Shown here: positions 62,089 to 64,000 of the stretch, in pieces
Layout of the letters: each line of letters begins with the position of its first letter
Numbering within the stretch: the first letter of the stretch is position 1
Assembly (NCBI RefSeq): GCF_006345805.1
Contig: NC_042998.1
Span: 51,398,001-51,462,000, forward strand
Source of the DNA: Octopus sinensis
Taxonomy: Eukaryota
Reading direction: 5' to 3'
DNA length: 64,000 bases
Notes under the pieces: model-generated
Databases searched by the model: none
The model's input: the letters and a program-made list of their open reading frames with translations, nothing else
Told to the model about the DNA's origin: nothing
Program-made: the position numbers and the translations under genes

Positions 62089-62310
62089 TTTATTATATAA
62101 AAGGCGGTGAAATGTTTAAGTGGTATTTCATCTGCCGCTACATTCTGAATTCAAATTCTACCAAAGTCAACTTTGCCTTTTATCCTTTTGGGATAAGTAC
62201 CAGTTGAACACTAGTCTTGAAAGGATGAAAGTCAAAGTTGACCTCAGAGGGATTCAAACTCAGAAGGTAAAGAGCTGAAACAAATTGCAACCTTTGTGGG
62301 AAAATTATTA
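59915..62310 (+). mobile_element. Cluster of about eight family A SINEs separated by (TTA)n
   Basis: Repeated GCTGGCAGAA / AAAATGCTTAG / GAGTTCAAATTC / GTCAACTTT blocks, with one - strand RTE-tail element (about 60311-60596) embedded. Confidence 0.8.
61307..61489 (-). mobile_element. Short (TAA)n-tailed retroelement 3' end inside (TTA)n
   Basis: GC-richer 183-bp block with (TTA)n on both sides; family not identifiable from sequence alone. Confidence 0.45.
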
Positions 62311-62328
62311 TTGTTGTTGTTGTTGTTG

Positions 62329-62396
<68 letters not shown>

Positions 62397-62418
62397 ATAC
62401 ACACACACACACACACAC
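62305..62418. repeat. Compound microsatellite (TTG)n(TTA)n(CA)n
   Basis: Directly visible. Confidence 0.95.
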
Positions 62419-62624
62419 CATTTTAGATCATTTTGGAAATATTTTTAGGTATGTTTAAATATGCTTAAAACTTGTCTTCAAAGTAATTCAATCTCTTGAA
62501 TCAAATCTGAATCAAGTCATTGTTTTTTTTGTTTTTTTGTCTTTTAGCCTGTTTCTATGTAAAACTGATTTTCCACAACCTTACTCTCCTTATTTATTCA
62601 TACTCTATCTCTCTCACTCTTCCC

Positions 62625-62676
<52 letters not shown>

Positions 62677-63139
62677 CATCACTTTTTTCTATGTACATTC
62701 ATTCTCTTTCAAAGCTTCATCATCATTATTATTATTATTATTATTATGTTTGTTTTATATATACATATATAATACAGATATGTATTTCTCCATATATTAA
62801 TAAAATATATGCTCATACACACAGAATATAATCCATACTCTCTCTCTTTTATTTTTTTTAATCCCCTTTCATCGAAACATTTTTTTTTTCCTTCTTTAGC
62901 TTTTGTTAGATTGATATTATTTCTTTCATTTATTTGTTTCTATTTTAAATTAATTTCACAAAAATTCGGTGGTTTCTCTGAAAATTTTAATGTTTTGTTG
63001 GTTTATTTCATCCTTTCGTATTTCATTCAGCAATGAAAATGATTGCAACACTCTTCTAGTATTCACTCAAAATTGAAAATAATGGATTTATAAAATTTCT
63101 GTTTTCCTATTGAATATAAAATACAGTGTGTATATGTTT

Positions 63140-63286
63140 GTGAGTATGGCTCTGTGTTGTAAGAACCACTTGTTTTCTGGTTCAGTCCCACTGCATAGCA
63201 CCTTGAGCAAGTGTCTTCTTCTATAGCCTCGGGCCAACCAAAGCCTTGTGAGTGGATTTGGTTGGAGGAAACTGAAAGATGACCAT

Positions 63287-63300
<14 letters not shown>
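63140..63300 (+). mobile_element. Family B SINE 5' half ending in (TA)n
   Basis: GGTTCAGTCCCACTG...GCAAGTGTCTTC...GAGTGGATTTGG. Confidence 0.8.
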
Positions 63301-63318
<18 letters not shown>

Positions 63319-63321
<3 letters not shown>

Positions 63322-64000
63322 GTGGATCAATAAATTGTCGTCTAAATTATACAAAAATGAAAATAACACTGACAAATCATTTTAACAGATATATTTACTA
63401 AAATTACATAAAAATATCTTGAAATACTAAAGAGTAAATTTATTCAATAATATCGCCATTGGCTTCAACCACGGCCTCCAGACAACATCAGAATCTCCTG
63501 CAACTCTTCTGGACGGTCTACTTGTTTAAGTTCATGAATGCTGTCATAATCCTTGCCTTCAGTTCATCTTTGGTGTTACAAGGAGTTTTGTTAGTCTCAC
63601 ACTCAACTGCGCTCCACACATAATAATCAAGGGGTTGCAGTCAGGGGAGTTATGTGGCCAGATGTTAGAGGTGATGTCATTGCAGAAATTTTCTGACAGC
63701 CATGACTGGGATCTCCTGCTTGTGTGGCATGGTGCAGAGTCCTGTTGTGAGATATAGGGTCTTTCAGCAACCATCCTCTTTACTCAGGGCAGCACTATCT
63801 CCTCCAGGCACTTGATGTAGGCTTCTGTGTTGAGTCTGATGTCATGTGGGAAGATGAATGGAGGTATTATGTCACCATCCTAGTGATCACTCTAAACACC
63901 ATGATGTTGACTGGATGTTTGATTTTTATCACTTTCAGTACATGTTTTGGGGACACAGCAAGCCAATAGTTGTTCTGTGTGTTCACCATCTGATTTTGGC
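63319..64000 (-). mobile_element. DD37D (maT) transposase C-terminal half, pseudogenised; runs off the window
   Basis: QQDSAPCH...NSPDCNPL with spacing consistent with DD37D (the final D is lost to a frameshift). Terminus TA|CAGGTGG at 63317-63325. Confidence 0.9.

Overview
AT-rich, repeat-dense eukaryotic genomic DNA. The repeat families (tRNA-head SINEs, an element ending in CCATGCTAGCATGG...(TGA)n, TTAA-flanked MITEs) match those I recall from Octopus genomes, so the organism call is an inference. I found no convincing protein-coding exon of a host gene. The left ~1.5 kb is CpG-rich and promoter-like, while the rest is CpG-poor and often T-rich on the + strand, consistent with long intron(s) of a + strand transcript. 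Recognisable coding remnants are all transposon-derived: several RTE LINE fragments, a HERO-like RLE LINE, an R4/Dong-like RLE LINE 3' end inside an (AC)n tract, two mariner derivatives and two DD37D (maT) fragments. Best second-look items: (1) three different, degenerate type I hammerhead ribozyme motifs of the Penelope-associated kind, all on the - strand; (2) two long fold-back hairpins (65 bp and 58 bp stems); (3) a mariner derivative built from two 5' ends; (4) an RLE retrotransposon flanked by (AC)n on both sides; (5) a tandem-unit retroelement with a matching empty/filled site pair. These are interesting but mostly belong to known element classes; nothing here proves a new biological system.
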